Assembly: GCF_009914755.1 (NCBI RefSeq)
Contig: NC_060925.1
Source of the DNA: the human T2T-CHM13v2.0 reference genome, Homo sapiens
Direction: 5' to 3' (one strand)
DNA: 64,000 nucleotides
Below are positions 62,396-64,000 of the stretch, one piece after another; the first letter of the stretch is position 1; every line of letters begins with the position of its first letter. Under the pieces are notes generated by a model. That model was not told the DNA's origin. It was given only the letters and a program-made list of their open reading frames with translations, and searched no databases. The position numbers were made by a program, and so were the translations under genes.

Positions 62396-64000
62396 GTAAG
62401 TTCCAAGGTTTCTGTAGGCAGGTATTTTGTATTTGATATGGTGAGAAACAGAAACTCATATTTAGGGGCCCCAGATGGATTTAAAGTTTTGGGCATTCTC
62501 AATGTTTCCTATTTTGGGTTGGAAACGGAAGTGATTTATATCCCAATGGCTGGTATCTTATGGAATCGTAGAGGATATTTCCTGCAGCTGATTGGATATC
62601 TGTTCCTGAGATATAATGTGATGGAAGATTTCCTATGGAAGCTTCATTTTTGGAGTTACCTGTCTTCTAGAATTACTTATTCCTTCTCTTGGATAATGTT
62701 AAGTCCTTCCTTGGATATATCCCTTCTACCTGATGGAGCTATTTGGCTTTTGTGTTCATACTATATGGAATATTTCTGGAATATTAGAGCCTACAGATTC
62801 TTTTAGAAGTTGATATCTGCCTCTCCATTTTCACTACATAAAGTGTACAAACAAATTGGATTGTAACAAAAAATCTGGCAGACCATAATGATTCAACCAC
62901 TTGGATTCTACAAACAATACTTTAACGTGGAAATGTGTACTTGGATGAAGAAGAGAGAAGGCAATGCCTGATTTTTCCATTTTGGATCTACACAATTTCT
63001 GTATTGTTGGAATTACACTCTTTGATGGAATGGGGAAAAATTAAAATGATGGATGTTTCCTAAATCCTGGAATATAGCCATTCTTTTCTAATTGCTGGGA
63101 TATATGGGATGTCTTGCTGTCAAGATTCCACTAGCCCAGGGAAAGAGGATTACTATATCATTTCTTAAGCAAGTTGCTGTCCAATCAAAGGTACTTTAGC
63201 TTTGAACACATGGTGATGATCAGTTGTGGATACAGCAATCAAAATTGACTGGGCTGGATGGCTACAAAAGTGAACTATTGGCGAGCAACTGTGCCTTCCT
63301 CATTCGTTGGAATTGTAGAGGATATTTCCTCTTCTGCCAGCTACCTGATTCATACTTAGGGCTGGAAATATTTATGAATGTGGATAAATTTCTAATTGTC
63401 TGCTATCTCAAGAAAGAAGTCTGGGGGTTTGAGAGTTACAGTTTGTCTGGGACTACTTGCTTCCAGTGGAATTATTTTGTCTGGTCACTAAGATTTTTTT
63501 TTTCTTGTGGTTCATCTAAATATCATTTGACACCCTTGCCCATTAAGAAGGTGGATTACCCCCATAAGAGGGGCCAAAATTGGGGAAGTTATGTTCACAA
63601 TTCTCTCCCTAGATTTAATTGGGATTATAGGTCGTGTTTCCACACTTGGAAAAGGTTGGTATGTCCTGACCTGTGTATATTAGCCCCTCTCCTAACCCAA
63701 GTCAAACTCTCTTTTTTTCCCCACTAACTCTAGAAGTATTTAGTACTAATAGTGAATCAGAGAATAGCCATTAGATTTCAGCTCTGCTAGCTCTTGTGCC
63801 TGCCTTCTGTATCTTCTTAATGGATAAGAACTTTGCATATTTATAAAATAGCAGCTGTAGCAGTAATCGTCCTAGAACTTTTTTGCCTGTTGCTTCTGTT
63901 AAATCATTAATAATGGCTTTCACTGATTAACATTTGATAGGGTGCTAAAGTAATTATTTATGGCATTTTAAGTCTCAAAGGAAACCCTCTTATTTGTTAG
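62396..64000 (+). other. SPEN: SPEN intron 2, 5' part; free of recognisable repeats and motif-rich
   Basis: Starts gtaagt; no Alu in 1.6 kb; dense TGGA(A/T) motifs. Confidence 0.85.

Noticed and set aside
62561-63330. CRISPR-like repeat-spacer interpretation of the intron 2 repeats
   Set aside because: Only two long copies, irregular spacing, human intron context and no cas genes.
62438-63727. 122-aa and 167-aa Trp/Tyr/Phe-rich ORFs in intron 2 as a hidden membrane-protein gene
   Set aside because: Trp richness and the shared WNxRGYFL follow from the TGGA nucleotide motif and the 23-nt repeat. No homology is recognised and exon 2 read-through stops immediately (GGG TAA). PhyloCSF or Ribo-seq could overturn this.

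Overview
Human (hominid) genomic DNA that I recognise as chr1p36 upstream of and into SPEN. The window opens with UQCRHL, an intact intronless retrocopy of the complex III hinge gene (minus strand). About 23 kb of extremely Alu-dense intergenic DNA follows, then a CpG island at ~23.9-26.9 kb and the SPEN (SHARP/MINT) promoter CpG island. After that come SPEN coding exon 1 (37334-37416), a 24.7 kb Alu-packed intron 1, exon 2 (62075-62395) and the first 1.6 kb of intron 2. Almost all ORFs in the track are Alu- or GC-composition artefacts. Main points of interest: (1) a repeat-free ~1.2 kb element at the start of SPEN intron 2 with a strand-specific cluster of UGGA(A/U) motifs, GGA-loop-UCC mini-hairpins and an internal 23-nt duplication; it resembles the Xist A-repeat GGAUACCUG half that SPEN binds and is a candidate SPEN autoregulatory RNA element; (2) a strong-Kozak polyalanine uORF built on a GCC repeat in the SPEN 5' leader; (3) a perfect antisense splice donor hidden in the SPEN RRM1 codons; (4) a 3'-truncated Alu/L2 junction at ~18195 that looks like a deletion breakpoint; (5) a (UG)n array placed like a TDP-43-repressed cryptic Alu exon. 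All counts were made by eye and repeat boundaries are approximate.
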